From NCBI GenBank assembly GCA_013265495.1, contig MU058584.1, positions 6,724,407 to 6,788,406 of the forward strand: DNA of 64,000 nucleotides, read 5' to 3'. Both the position numbers and the translations under genes were made by a program. Below, one piece after another: positions 38,513-51,620 of this stretch (its first letter is position 1; every line of letters begins with the position of its first letter). A model generated the notes under the pieces. That model did not search any database. It worked only from the letters and a program-made list of their open reading frames with translations, and had not been told where the DNA came from. The stretch comes from Vicugna vicugna. Its lineage: Eukaryota.

Positions 38513-39098
38513 GTAAGTGATTCCCCAGGGTTTACTACTGTAAGAGTTACAGAAAGAACTTTAAAGGCTATCCAAAGTGATGAAAAGTGTGATGGGCACA
38601 AGAGTGGATCTTGGAGAAGGAATGTGAAGAGAGATGATAAATGAGCAGTCACAGCTAGGGCTTGAGACCAGAGAAAATTAAAATTTTCCACTTTCTCTGC
38701 CTCAACATTGATCATCTATCTTTTCTTCCTCCAACCCACCTACTTTGAGCAGTGTAAAACTAGGAACAGCATTTCAGATCAGCAAAAGAAAAGCTGGAAT
38801 TATTTTCCCACGGCCTAATGAGCCAGTTCTCTGAAAACCAGCATGAATTGCAATGACAGACAAATGAAGATGGAAGAATGTTACCCAAAGGTTGGAAACA
38901 CAAAGTTTGTGTGTCATATAACAAGCTGAATAATACCTGCAAGCAGAAGAGTAAAGTTCACACATAGAAATCCCCAAGTTTTAAACTGGTCTGGATTTGG
39001 TGTAAGCAACCAAGTTCTTTTCTTTAGAAGCCTCTCTGGAGAGAGCAAATGTGCTTTTTCAAGAAGTGAGAGAGTATTTTTTTCCATTTTATTCTCAG

Positions 39099-39201
39099 CT
39101 TATATCTCACGGGAACTACATTACAGATTTAATATCTGATACCTTAGGATACCTGAGGAGCTCCAGAACACATCTGAGGAGAGCATCAGTTATTTTAATA
39201 G
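39099..39201 (+). CDS. MROH9: MROH9 window exon 17: LISHGNYITDLISDTLGYLRSSRTHLRRASVILI(G)
   Basis: ttctcag|CTT...ATAG|gtaagt; 103 nt, phase 0 to 1. Confidence 0.92.
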
Positions 39202-39287
39202 GTAAGTAAAATTCAATTCTCATTTTCTAATTTGTTTTAAAAGATAAAGAATAGGGTAGCAGCTGGAAATTTTCCTTGAAAAAATTA

Positions 39288-39386
39288 GGGACTTGGGTAC
39301 TGCTCAGTGGTAGAGTGCATGTTTAGCATGCACAAGGTTCTGGGTTCAATCCCAGGCACCTCTACTAAAAAAAAAGAAAAGAAAAA
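39288..39386 (+). mobile_element. Camelid tRNA-derived SINE (Vic-1-like) with 10-bp TSD
   Basis: A-box gctcagtggtagag, B-box gggttcaatccc, A-rich tail; TSD GAAAAAATTA at 39278-39287 and 39387-39396. Confidence 0.88.
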
Positions 39387-39559
39387 GAAAAAATTACAAA
39401 TGTTCCTTGTTTTGATGGACAGCACTTGTCATGATGATATCTATAATGAGCAGAAGTTAATATGTATGATGAGAATAGAGTTCTATTTTATAATACACAA
39501 TGAGTGTAGCCATGTGATTAAATTATCATACAAAGTACATTCAACAGGATAAATTCCAA

Positions 39560-42500
39560 AATTTAAGATGGTGACAAACCACTACTAATTATTCCCTTTC
39601 ACTGCTTAAAAATCACCACCCAAAGAGTAAGAATAATATTTTTAAATCCCATCTGCAACAAAACATGAACACTTGTAGCCACAAACTACAACAGAAGAGG
39701 AAGAGCTACCAAATCCAATAAAATTTAGAAAAGAAAATGTAGCGTTAGGGAAGTGCAGGAAGATTCTAAAAGAGGACAGCTCAAGTTTTTGACCTTGGAC
39801 AAACCTGACCAAACAGTTTTTTTCCCACTAGATTCTCACCATGAAGAGCAGAACTAATAATCCTTTATTTTGAATGGCAGGAAGTGAGTTCCCAAGTTGG
39901 TGGTGGGATCCTCCCTTGACCCCATTTGGCATCATGGAGTAGTAGGAGCAACAAAGAATGAGGAAATACTGAGTCACATCACATTTGTGCAGAGGAGTCT
40001 GTCATTAAGATAGAAAACCAATCAAATTCTGATCAGCACTAGAGCTCACTATCTGTGTTGATTAGAGAGGAGTAAAGAAACACACACACACACACACACA
40101 CAGAAACCCTTGTATTATAAGACCTTTATTTCAAACCAGAAAGAATTCATGCTACTCTGAATTCTACACTGGAACATTCCACAAATATTCCTCTGCATGT
40201 AATACTGCAAGATCAAAAAATAAGTAATTAAAAAAGGAAATGGTATTATCATTCTAAAGAGGTATTTCCAGGTGGGGAAAGAGAGGAAAGAAAGAAGAAA
40301 AACAAATTTTAGAAAATGTTTCTACAGAGTAGATAAAAATCATGGTAAATATATCCGTGAATCCAAAACTTTTTAAAATAAAGATCTAAAAAAAAAAAAG
40401 ATCTAAAGATACAAGTGCACAGGGACTATATAATGGGATAATGGGAGTACACAAAAAATAAGCTTTCAAAGTATAGGGCAAAAGTATAAGAAAAATATAT
40501 AGCGATTATAAAAAAGACTACATTGCAACCAATAGAAGAGAAAATACAAACTATGGATAACCCAGTAAAGGACAGAGAGTAAAGGACTGAGAAATGTTAG
40601 CAAAATAAAATGTAAACCAGCAAGAAACAGTTTGAAAAATTAGGGCACAATGAAAGATACAAAAGATAGATCAAAGAAGTGTAAATATGCATAAGTAATA
40701 TCCTTGAAGAAGAAAAATGACAAGTAGAAAAAAGTATTCAAAGACAGAATTTAAGAACTTAAAAAAATTTGATTAAATATACTGAGAGTAAATAATTTTT
40801 CAAGAAACATTTTATAGAGAATTAAGACACTTCTAATAAAGTTACGGAACTTCATAGTTAAAGAATTCTTTGAGGATTTAGGCAAAAAAAAAAAGTCACA
40901 TATAAGTTACAAAATAAATAAACCTGGCACGAGATTTCTCCACTTCAGTATTCAACTCTAAAATATAGTAGACCAGTGCCTACAAAATCCTAAGTAGAAA
41001 AAAATTGTGACTGAAGAATTTTATACTCATCAAAATTACATCCAACTGTAAGGATAATAGGAAAACATTTCCAAAACACAAGAATTCAGAATAAGTTCAC
41101 TATCATGAATCCTTCTTGAAAATATTATTGATGGATGGATTTCAGCCAACTAAAGAATAAATGGATAAACTATTGCACAAGGACATAGAGTATCTACTTA
41201 ACTATAGGACTTCCAGGTCCCAAACCATTCCTCACTATTTTTTTTGTTTTGCATTTTTCTGTCCCTCAAAACACTGCCTCTATGGTCTACATCTCCCAAG
41301 CTCCCTTGACAGCTTGCTTCTAGGTTGGTATAGTATTTGATGTTAAAGGAGTATGCTTAATATTTGCTAATAATCTAACAGTGCTGTTCACAAATTATCC
41401 CATCTAGAGTCCCCAATAAGCCCCCATTGAGAAATACTGATCAATAAGTTCAATGCAATCATAATAAAAATAACAACAGATAATTTCACAGATCTTGATG
41501 AGTTGATTCTAAAGGTATGTGGAAGACCAAAAGACCAAGATATGAAGATATATTATAACTAACAAATTTTAGATAATCTTTGTCTCACTCAAGGAATGAC
41601 AACCAAGACATGTGAAACAGAATAGAAAGCCTAAAACAGATCCACACATATACAGATACATAATATAGAAATCAGAACTGGGAGAGTACATCAGATCAGA
41701 AATGATGGGCTGTCCAGTAAAAGATGCTAGAACAAGGGGAATACACACACACACACACACACAAATTCCTACCTGACACCCTATACAAAAAGTAATTCTA
41801 AAAAAAAAAAAGTAATTCTAGGTGTTGGCAAGTCATGCAGACTGAAGGAAGGAAGACCTAAAAAGAAACTTTAAAATATATGCAATATTTCTATGAAGAT
41901 TTGCAAACATTACTGAGAGACATAAAGAAAATTTAAGTAGAAAGGTGTAAACCATATTTTGGAAAAGAAAATCAAAATTTTAAATGTTCTAATTCTTTCC
42001 TAAGTGAGTCTATACATGGAATGAGATACCAATCAAAATATCAATAGGGCCTTTTTTCAAAATTGACATGCTAATTTTAAAATTAATGTAGAAAAGTTAC
42101 CATGCAAGAATATTCAGGCAAATCTAACCAAAAAAGAATGAGATAGGACTAGCTTTATCAGATACTAATTTAGCTACAGTAATTAAAAACATGTGGAATG
42201 AACAGACAGACAAATGGAAGAAAATATCATTCAGAAATAACTGCCAGAACATGCAATATTTTAAAGTGAATCACTGGCTTTAACTAACAGTGGTGAAAAT
42301 GTGGAGTATTCCTTAAATGGTTTGAGGACACCTGGTGAGCCATGTGGAATTTTTTAAATTATTATATTCCTATTCCACTCTTAACACTAAATAAATTCCA
42401 GATGGTCAAAGGCTCAAATGCTAAAAATAAAACTATAATAATAAAATTAGATAAAATAGTATGGAAGAATTTGCTGTATAATCATGGGGTATGTAAGATC

Positions 42501-43070
42501 TAAGTAAAAGAAAAATCATAAAGACAAGATTGACCAACTATGTAAAAAGTAAACATTTCTGCAAGGCAAAACCACTATAAATAAGAATCAAAAACCAAAT
42601 TGGAAGAAAATATTTATGACACTTATCACGTATAAAGGGTGAATGAATTCTCACTGTCTAAAGAGTCCTTACAAATCCCTAAGAAAAGACAAACAACTCA
42701 CTAGAAAAATGGACAAAGTGCATGAAAAGAATTACTTGGCTCATATGCATAAAATTTTCACAGCTTCATCCAAAAAGTGATGCAAATTGAATTGATAAAG
42801 TGTTTCCATCCATCAAACTGACAAAGAACAAAAAGGTTTATACCACACAGTTTTGTCCAGGTTGAAAGAAGTAGGCAATCACTTACATTACTGGGCAGAG
42901 TGTAAATTGCTACAATCTCTAAGAACAGTTTGGCAATATTCATCGAAATGTGAAATGCATATTTTTGACTCAGTAATCTCCTCATAAGAGAATTTATCCT
43001 CTGATATATTCACATATGAGAAATGATGTGTGTTACATAGGTATTTATTGCATCAATGGTTTTATAATAC
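39560..43070 (+). mobile_element. Ancient degraded L1/HAL1-like fragments (5' and ORF1 region, then L1ME-type ORF2 and 3' pieces)
   Basis: A-rich sense strand; gaagaattttatactcatcaaaa (ORF1 C-terminal-like); cagtttggcaatattcatc...tgactcagtaatctcctc...gaatttatcct (ORF2 3'). Confidence 0.6.
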
Positions 43071-43074
43071 CATC

Positions 43075-44160
43075 ATCCCTAGCATGTGGCTTTTTATCCT
43101 TGTGTTTTCTTTTTACCTTCAGCATTTTAGCAGGGTTACACCAAGAAAGAAACAAAGTAAAGGGCAAAAGGTGTCACTGGGTCAACCTTACAAAGCTTTA
43201 CTCAAAGTCCCAACCAGTGATTTATCTTACACTGCCAATGACTAGAACAGTCACAGTGCCACCATCAGTTGCAAGAGATGCTTGGAAATGTGTTGTGTTT
43301 TTTTGTTTGTTTGTTTGTTTGTTTTTTAATGGGAAAGAAGGCGACGATGATACTGGATTGACAGCTAGCAGCATGTCACAACTTCCAACATTTAAAATTT
43401 AAGAATTTGCTCATAGGTATTTACGTTTCTAATTATTTGATGAGGGGAGGAGATAAAGCTACACTGAGCCTCATTTCTGCCTGGTAGCAGTTGAGCGGAA
43501 CTGACCAGCAGCCCCGTTCGTGGGTGGAGCTTGCCCTTCCTGTCCCTCAGCTCCCCACCACTACCAGCTGCATTCTTCCACATAGCTGAGATCCCACCCA
43601 CGTGTGCCACGGTGACATTTTGGTTAATCTGTCATGTTTTTCAAAATCTCAAATTCTGTATGAAAGTTTGTGACTTTTGGAAACACCATATCAGTAATTT
43701 AATTTTGGGGTGTTTTTGCCTAATTTTGCCACCTATTTTGTTCCTTTGGTGGTAATATTGTATTTATGAAGTAAGTTCCTATAGTGTAAGGAAGACCCAA
43801 CTATAACTACAGCTTAAACAAGATAGTAGTCTTTCTCTCTCATGTAACAGTCCAACTTATAAGTTGACTAGGGCCAGCTCTTGTGTTGCTCTAACAGTCT
43901 CATCAGTTTTCTACATTAGGTCCACGATGTTTGCTCCATCTAGTTGATTGGAAAGGAAAAAATATCAAGAGCCATCTCTCTAAAGAGCAAATATAACTTC
44001 TGCTAAATGATCATTAGACCAGAACAAGAAGTCTTAAAAAGCCTAGTCATCTGCTGGACAACCACACGTCCAACTAAAACCCAGGAGTTTTTTAGTAAGA
44101 GAACTAAAGATAAAGGAGTAATTTGACAATAGAGGAAATCAGTACTCTGTAGCATGGGAA
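43075..44160. mobile_element. Old MaLR (MLT1-type) LTR fragments
   Basis: gatgcttggaaatgtgtt; acagcttaaacaagatagtag...tctctctcatgtaac; boundaries approximate and may include other repeats. Confidence 0.4.
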
Positions 44161-45714
44161 ATTTTCATTCATTTATTTGGCCCCTCCATCTAATTCTAAA
44201 AGGAATTGCATTGAATTACAAAATTAAGCAAAAGTATGCTGATTAAAGATACCCCCCCACAACACAGGTTTTTGTTTCCAAGAATTATTCTTACATTTTA
44301 AGCCCATATGCCACCCATCAATAAGAGTATCTTGAGCTTTACTATCTGTAAATTGCGTTATGAAAATAATGAATTGTTGTGATTTTGTGGTCACTATTTT
44401 GACTGAAGCAGAGGCAATGTGAAATGCTGGTGAGTGTACATAAGCTTCCATTCAAATTTCAGAATGAACACCCACCCACTGGCCATGTGACCTTCACCTT
44501 TGTTGCTTAATCTCTATTAGCTTTTATCATTTGTAGAATGAGGGTAACAGGAATGCCCACAAAAAGATTTTTTAAATCTATCTGAAAACATTTAAGAGCT
44601 TTTATAAAGGCAGTGATCTAGAACAAAATAACAGAAAATCCAAAAGAATTAGACCTGATATTTGGGAATTGTTTTCCTTTTTAGCTTTTGCCAATTCTAA
44701 ATGCAAAAAGGCTAGTTGGGAGGCTGTAAACTGCAGAAATTTTAGCTGTCTCACTGAGTTGGAGGAATAAAACTCAGAACGGACTGCCAATGATGAACCC
44801 TAGTAAATACTTCCAGGTTTTCATCTGGGATCTCTAATATCTCTACCCTAGGAGTCACAGTAAACTAAAATTAGATCAGCTCTTATAATTATTGAACCTT
44901 TCAATATCGAACTTCCTGGTTGGATTAAGGAGAACTATTTCTAGCCTAACTGCCTGCCAAAAGCAAAAATAAATCCTCTCTGGGAAAAGATAAATTTTCC
45001 AGAGACTCAAAATCATATACACAATAGCTGAGATCTAACCAAAAATAATCAGACATATAGAAAGGTTTTTTTAAATTACAAGGGAAAAAAACAATTGAAG
45101 CCAGAATCTAGTATATGTAATTACTGAAGTTATCAGATATGAATTTTTAAATAAATATGACTAATATGTTTAAAAGATTAATGAGATGGAATGCAGAACT
45201 CAGTGGATGAAATTAGCAGCAGATTAGAAAGAACTGAAAAGGGAGAAAGAGAATTAGATATGTCTAAATAAAATATTCAGCCTCAAGATCAAAGCTTGAA
45301 GAGATAAAAATGGAAAATACAAAAAAAAGTACAAGTATGTAAGATATGGTTAAAAGGTCTAACATACCCATTCCATAAGTATAGCAGGAAAAGAATGAGA
45401 CAAAATAAACATTTGAAGAGACAGCAACCAAGAATTTTCCCAAGCTGAAATAAGGTAATAAAAGGAAATAAAATGTGTAAGTTTGGGGAAAAAAAATAAA
45501 ACTTTTGAAATTTACAGATAAATAATTAAATATTTAGAACAATGGAAAAATCAGAAAAACTATTGGAACTAGTACATTTAGGAAGTTTTCTAAATACAAC
45601 ATCAATATACGAACCAATTGGGTTTCTACAAACAATAGAAAATTAATTTTTTCAATGCCTAATACCTTGAGCCAGAAGCCATCAAATACCTGAAAATAAA
45701 ACTAAGGAAAGATG

Positions 45715-45863
45715 GGGGGAGGGTATGGCTCAGTGGTAGAGTGCCTGCTTAGTATGCACAGGGTCCTGGGTTCAATCCCCAGTCCCTCCACTAAAAACTA
45801 AATGTAAATAAATACATAAACCTAATTGCCTCACACCCTCCTTCCCACCCCACCTCCCCAAAA
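45715..45863 (+). mobile_element. Camelid tRNA-derived SINE (Vic-1-like) with 12-bp TSD
   Basis: ggggagggtatggctcagtggtagagtgcctgcttagtatgcacagggtcctgggttcaatcccc; TSD TAAGGAAAGATG at 45703-45714 and 45864-45875. Confidence 0.92.
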
Positions 45864-47355
45864 TAAGGAAAGATGTACAAGACTGATACACAAACTAGAA
45901 AACACTGAGAGAATTCTAAGAAAATAGAGTGATATACTGTGTTTACGGATTAAAGGATTAAATATTATAACAATGTCAATTCTCCCCAAATTGATCTGTA
46001 TATTCAATGCAACCAAAAAAAAAAAATTTCACCAGGGTTTGTGTGTGTGTGTGTGTGTAAAATCTGACAAGTTGATTATAAATTTTACATGAAAATTTAA
46101 AGGTTTGCAAATAGCCAAGATAATTTGAAGAAGAACCACGAAGTTGAGGAACTTATACTACTTGCTATCAAGACACGTTAATACATTACGGTAGTATGGA
46201 AGCGACACAATGATAGAATGGAATCAAGACACTGCCCACCACACAATTTATGATATAAGTGATATAAGTGACCCTGCAAAGCAATAGGGAAAGGACAGTT
46301 TTTTCTCTTAATGGTGCTGGGTTAATTACACATGTAATTAATCTCAACCCCTACTTTATGCCATATAATTCCAGCTGGATTTGTAATCCAAAAGTGTTAA
46401 AGGCAAAACAATAAAGCTTCTAGAAGTATACACAGGAGAATATCTTTATGATCTTGAGACAGCAAAGGTTTCCTAGCACAACCCCAAAATTCACTAACCA
46501 TAAATTGGACTACATTAAAATTAGAGACTTCTGTTCATCTAAAAAAAAAAAGCCAGAGTACATACATAACATAGTGCTCCAACTGTACCTACGTACAGAC
46601 TACAACTACTGCTCATTCATCTGCTGTCCAGGAAAGCATTCCTGCTTTTCTACAAGGGAAAAAAAACAGTACAAGTTTTGGAATTTTCTGTGATTAAACA
46701 AGGCATATTAATGTATTACACACCAAAAAAAATTAAAAAACCAATATGAATGGAAAAGTTTAGCCCTGGGATAGGAGAAGATGTTTGTAATCAGTGTAAT
46801 ATTAAAAAAGATTAGTATTTAGAATTAAAAATGCCTAAGAATGAATAAGAAAATATAAATATAAAAACAAGCAAGAGACTTACCTGAACAGACATTTCAC
46901 AAAAGAAATATCCAAGTGGCCAGTAAATATACAAAACTCTTATTAATCATCACAAAAAAGCAAAGTTAAATCACAATGTGATACTACCACCAAACCCATG
47001 AGAATGACCGAAAGGAAAAAGACTAACAATATCAAGTGTTAGAGAGGATGTAGAGCAATGGAAATGCTCATTCAGTACTAGTAGGAGTGAAAAGTGGTAC
47101 CACCACTTCAGACACTATCTTACAGTAATGATTAAAGGTGAACATAAGCATATCCATTAACCAGTAAGTCAGTCCATCCCTAGCTATATACCAAATAGCA
47201 ATGCATGCAAACGCACACCAAAATTCATGCGTAGGAATGCCCACCATAACATCATTATTCATAATAGCCCCAAACTGGAAACAACACACGGCCCATCACT
47301 AGCAGAATGGCTAAAAAGTGCTGCAGTCGTAAGATGGAATATCCCATAAAAACAT

Positions 47356-47530
47356 TCAGCAAACTTTCTGTAACGAACCAAACAGTAAATATTTCAGGCT
47401 TTGAGTATCATACGGTCTCTGTCGCAACTATTCAATTCTGCTGTTGTGGGGTGAAAGCAGCCATAGAAAATCCATAAACAAATAAGCCAACAAGCATGGC
47501 TGTGTTTCAGGGAAACTTTGCCAACCTCTG
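47356..47530 (+). mobile_element. MER58A-like hAT-Charlie MITE
   Basis: cagcaaactttctgtaa...cagtaaatatttcaggctt...ggtctctgtcgcaactattcaattctgc...tttgccaacctctg. Confidence 0.75.
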
Positions 47531-47950
47531 TCATGTAGCAATGGAAATGAATGAACTATTGCTATGTTAAAAAAAAATACATAGATGAACTTCACAATGT
47601 AATGCTGAGCAGAAGAATATGTTCGGAAGGGTGAAGATTGGGAAGGGCGTGAGGGAAGCTTCTGGGATAACAGTCATATTCTGTTTAATAATCTAGGTGA
47701 TAGCTAGAAGTATTCACTTTGTAGTCATTCGTTGAACAGTACTATTATGATTTGTGTACATTTATACACATGCATATATCTCAATAAAGAGTTTTATTAA
47801 ATAATAATTATTTGAAAGCACTAAACGATGATTCAAGAATAATTCAGAGATGCTTTGCTTTGAAGAAAGCAATGAAGGTAGCCAGATAGTATCAGAAAAT
47901 GTATTTTCAAAATGTATTTTGGGGTAACTTTAGTTTTACTTTGCGCATAG

Positions 47951-48013
47951 GATACTTGGCAAAATTGGGTGGTTATTTACTGCACAGAGATGAACTTGAA
48001 GTCATGCTTGAGG
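47951..48013 (+). CDS. MROH9: MROH9 window exon 18: YLAKLGGYLLHRDELEVMLE(A)
   Basis: cgcatag|GA...GAGG|gtaagt; 63 nt, phase 1 to 1. Confidence 0.88.
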
Positions 48014-49562
48014 GTAAGTGCTTAAGTTTTAATGAAATCTTTATGGATAGGCCTAAATAACCTCACTATTTGTGATTCAATTTATATACGAGTTCCATAG
48101 TGGTGCCAGGGATGGGAGGATGGTGGTAATGGTGGGTAGGTGGTTAAGGGGGAATCAATGGAAGGGCTGGTTTAAGGGCATCCTTTTTTCTTTTCTATTC
48201 CTTCTCTTTCCCTCTCTCTCTGTTTCAGTCTCTCCATCTATCCCTCTCATTATTTGAGGCCCAACTATCATTTTAGAATCCTTAGGAACTACAGAGAGTT
48301 AAGAATTCATTCATTCATCCATCCAAAAAATATTTTTCTAGCATCTACTATGTGACAGCACTACTCTATCTGCAGGGCATCCAACAACAAAGCAAAGTCC
48401 CTTCCCTCAGAGAACTTACATTTTGGGTACAGCAATGTATACTTGCACCAGAGAAAATTAAAGTGAAACGTTTATTGTATCAAAATGTTTGGATCTTCAG
48501 CATCTCTCTCAGCCTCTGTCCATTTCCCCAACAGGATCAGAATTACAAACAGGTAAGGCAGAAAATAAGGTGGCTGCCTTCCTTCTTTTTTTGGTAATAG
48601 ACTATAATTTAAAGCAGTCTTAGATTAATAGTAAAATTGCCTGGGAGATACAAAGACTTCCTGTGTATCTCCTGTATACTCCTACACATGCATAGCCTCC
48701 CCTGTTACCAACATCCCCCAGCAGAGTGGTACATTTGTTACAACTGACGAACCTACATTGACACATCACCATCTTCCTTCCTATTCCATTTTCTCATTCA
48801 TTCACTTGTTTGCTCAGCACATATTTATTGACTGTCTGCTAAATGCTAAGCACGATCCTTCTCCCGCCACGTCTCTCAGAATACTTTTCTCCTTTCTCTC
48901 TTCCTCCGCCTTCTGCTCCTTCTCCCCTTTCTCTCTTCTAAATCTGTCCTTTTTTTCCCCCTATTTCTTTTTATTAAGAAAGAATATTAAATCCCCACAA
49001 GGTAAGCATCTGGATATAATGATATTAGCATTTTGGTTTATATATTATCCCAGATATTTTTAGAGAATATAAGCTGTTATTTATTTTTAAAACTATCAAC
49101 TGTTTTATAACTTCTTCACTTACTCATGTGTCATAAACATCTTTTCATGCCAAGAAATATGAGTCTACATCACCATGTTAATACGTATGTGCTATTTCAT
49201 TTTATGACATTTATGATTTTTAAGCACTTCTCTATTAATGAACATTAAGACTGATTCCAATTTTTTCACTTTTATGAGCAATATTGAACCTCTTCATGAA
49301 TATATGTTTATACTATCTAGCAGTGTGCTTAGCACATAGTAGGCACTCAGTAAATGCTTAGTGAATATTTCCATTTTTCTTTTAATGGGGTCTGATGAGG
49401 ATAGATGATAAAAACTTCCTGAATGCTATTTGTGAAAGTAACACAAATTGGTGTTGGGGAGTGAAGGACAGGAGCTCTGTGAAAGGTGATGAGGCTGTTT
49501 AGGGTTAGTTTCTCAGATTATAAGAGAGATGCCTTGAATTAATGGCCTTTCTGCTGTTACAG

Positions 49563-49795
49563 CTGTTGACCGAGTGCTTCGGGATAACGATCCTACTATC
49601 AGGGAACTGGCAGGAATAACACACAAACTTTTTAAGGAAATAGCCCATACGCTGACCTCCTCAAATATTAAACAAAGCTTCCGAAGATTCTTTAACTTCA
49701 TCTACATCAAAAAATTAAAGCCTCTTTATAATTATAATCTGCCCAAGCACCTGACAGGCAGTCCTATGGGGATTAAAGAAACCAAGAATGATTAG
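49563..49795 (+). CDS. MROH9: MROH9 terminal coding exon: VDRVLRDNDPTIRELAGITHKLFKEIAHTL...PMGIKETKND*
   Basis: gttacag|CT...; phase 1 start; TAG at 49793-49795; final HEAT-like L.D.DP.IR.LA motif. Confidence 0.9.
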
Positions 49796-50040
49796 GAAGC
49801 CAATGTAGAGGATAATTATGAAGACGAACTGGTAAAGAATGAGAGGTTCGCCAGTGCTATGGAGCACACCTCAGAAAAGGAATGATTTTCCTTTCCCTCT
49901 TAGTAACTTGAGACTATTTGTAGCTTTTCTGAAGGACGCTAGAAGACTTTACTGTCTCTTTTTGGTTCTCTACTCAAATACAGAAATTTGTTGCCTCTTT
50001 GTCTGACAGTGATCAGAAGCCTTACTTCATCAAAGCCACT

Positions 50041-50046
50041 AATAAA
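50041..50046 (+). promoter_or_regulatory. Probable MROH9 polyadenylation signal (AATAAA)
   Basis: First AATAAA about 245 nt after the stop codon; another at 51444-51449. Confidence 0.6.
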
Positions 50047-51620
50047 ATTGAACAATAATATGAGCAAAGAGTTTGATGAGAGGCTCTTGGAGCTTGATAT
50101 AACAACTAAGCATCTATCAAACATCTTCTAAGCACCAGACTCCTCTGTGCTAGACATGGGAATATTTGGATGATGTAAGCAAGGTTCCCGTCCTCAGGAA
50201 GGTCACAGTCTAGTGACACACAGTGTGGCTATTTCCATCCTGCTCAGACTAATGCTGCCTATGGCAGCATTTGCAAAGGAAGAAATGGAACTTGCAGGGG
50301 AAGAAGAAGGAGAGCAGGCAAATTATTTCAGGTAGAGATACTGAGACAGTCAAAGAGTGTAGGGGGAAGCTGGGGAGCTTTTGTGGATACAGGCAGTTAA
50401 GGAAAGAAGAATGGAGAGAGCTGAGACTCAAGCGAAAGACTGTGTTGTGCTAATTAATGGCTTTAAACTTTTTGAAATGAAAATTGAATAGTCAACATAG
50501 TTAGTGGTTCCCATGGCCATCAGGATCCAGTTTAACACTTTCCTGGTTTGTAAGAAAGTTGATATATAACTGTTGATCTGTAGTGATCTTACTTGACTCC
50601 AGGCTCCAGGCTCACCTCTCACTCCTCTCACCTTATCTTCCTTCCACCCCTGTATCCCACCCTAGTATAAACCACCCAGGCAAGTACTTGTAGTTAGATG
50701 CAAGCCCCTTTTCCTCTGTCAGCTCGGGTGTTGTGGCTTTGGACTGTGTCAACTTGCAGTTCATGCACGTTTTCATTTCTCTGCTGGCTTCCCCTGCTGC
50801 CATGGGGCAGTAGCTGCTCCACCTTCTAGTGGGTCCTCCTTCAGATTCTCTGACTTCTGGGCCAGGTGGGTTTGATTCTATTGACAAAGGACACCAGCTT
50901 CTCCTGCAGGACGCCCACATCATCATCATCAGTGTTAGAGGCAATGAGAGACTGACACAGTTTCAAGTTTGTGGGTTCCTGTTATTGTCCCTCTTCTCCA
51001 CTGTACACCCACCCTCCGTTCCCAACCACCTGCCCTTCAGACTTCAAACTCCAGCATCAGATGTGAAGATGACAACTTTGCAGAAACTCCTTAATCTGCT
51101 CCCACAACTGCTTATGGTCAAACCTCTCTTTCTGCTTCTCTAATTGAACCCTCACTGATATATCTGAGAGGCATTTCCAGTCCCCTTTGATCAAGTGGCT
51201 GGGTGTTGCTACCATGTTTTGCCCTAATGCTGTTTGTATCTGTCATTACGTTTATCAGACTGTAGTGAAATCATACTAGGGTCCTTCTCTTTCTGCCCCA
51301 CAAAATTGAAGTTTCCTGAAAGCAAATGTATCTTACACTTGGTTAAGTACTCTGGAATTCATAGTGCCTGGCACCTAATATATGCTCAATGAATACTTGC
51401 CAAATGAGCAAAATGCTAACAGGACATGTTGCTCTCATGCTTCAATAAAAATTTTCAGGTATTTATGACTACTACTTAATATTAGAAATAATGAAAGAAC
51501 AGATGACTTTAATTTACCCCTAAACCCATATTATTCCATATTACCCAGATGTCCCAGATCTAACTTTTCAAAATCAGGGCAAATTTTCTTTCCCACTCTC
51601 TAAACTAGCAGGATGCCAAG

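Larger units (their letters stand above)
44880..47795 (+). mobile_element. Ancient L1 (L1MC/ME-type) fragments interrupted by a SINE and MER58
   Basis: ORF2 motifs caatgtcaattctccccaaattgatctgtatattcaatgcaa; ccccaaactggaaacaac; 3' end atatctcaataaagag. Confidence 0.7.
334..50065 (+). other. MROH9: MROH9 gene span (5'-partial; 19 coding exons plus 3' UTR in window)
   Basis: All 19 exons are bounded by AG/GT and phase-compatible. The spliced frame has no internal stop (841 aa). Peptides such as AAELSLLCSH, SPKKVIFQLMDYPVPAD and TLSEYNFPQFPETL match recalled mammalian MROH9. Confidence 0.93.

Noticed and set aside
39288..39365. tRNA-like sequence as a tRNA gene (also 45715-45790)
   Set aside because: A-rich tails, TSDs and poor acceptor-stem pairing indicate SINEs.
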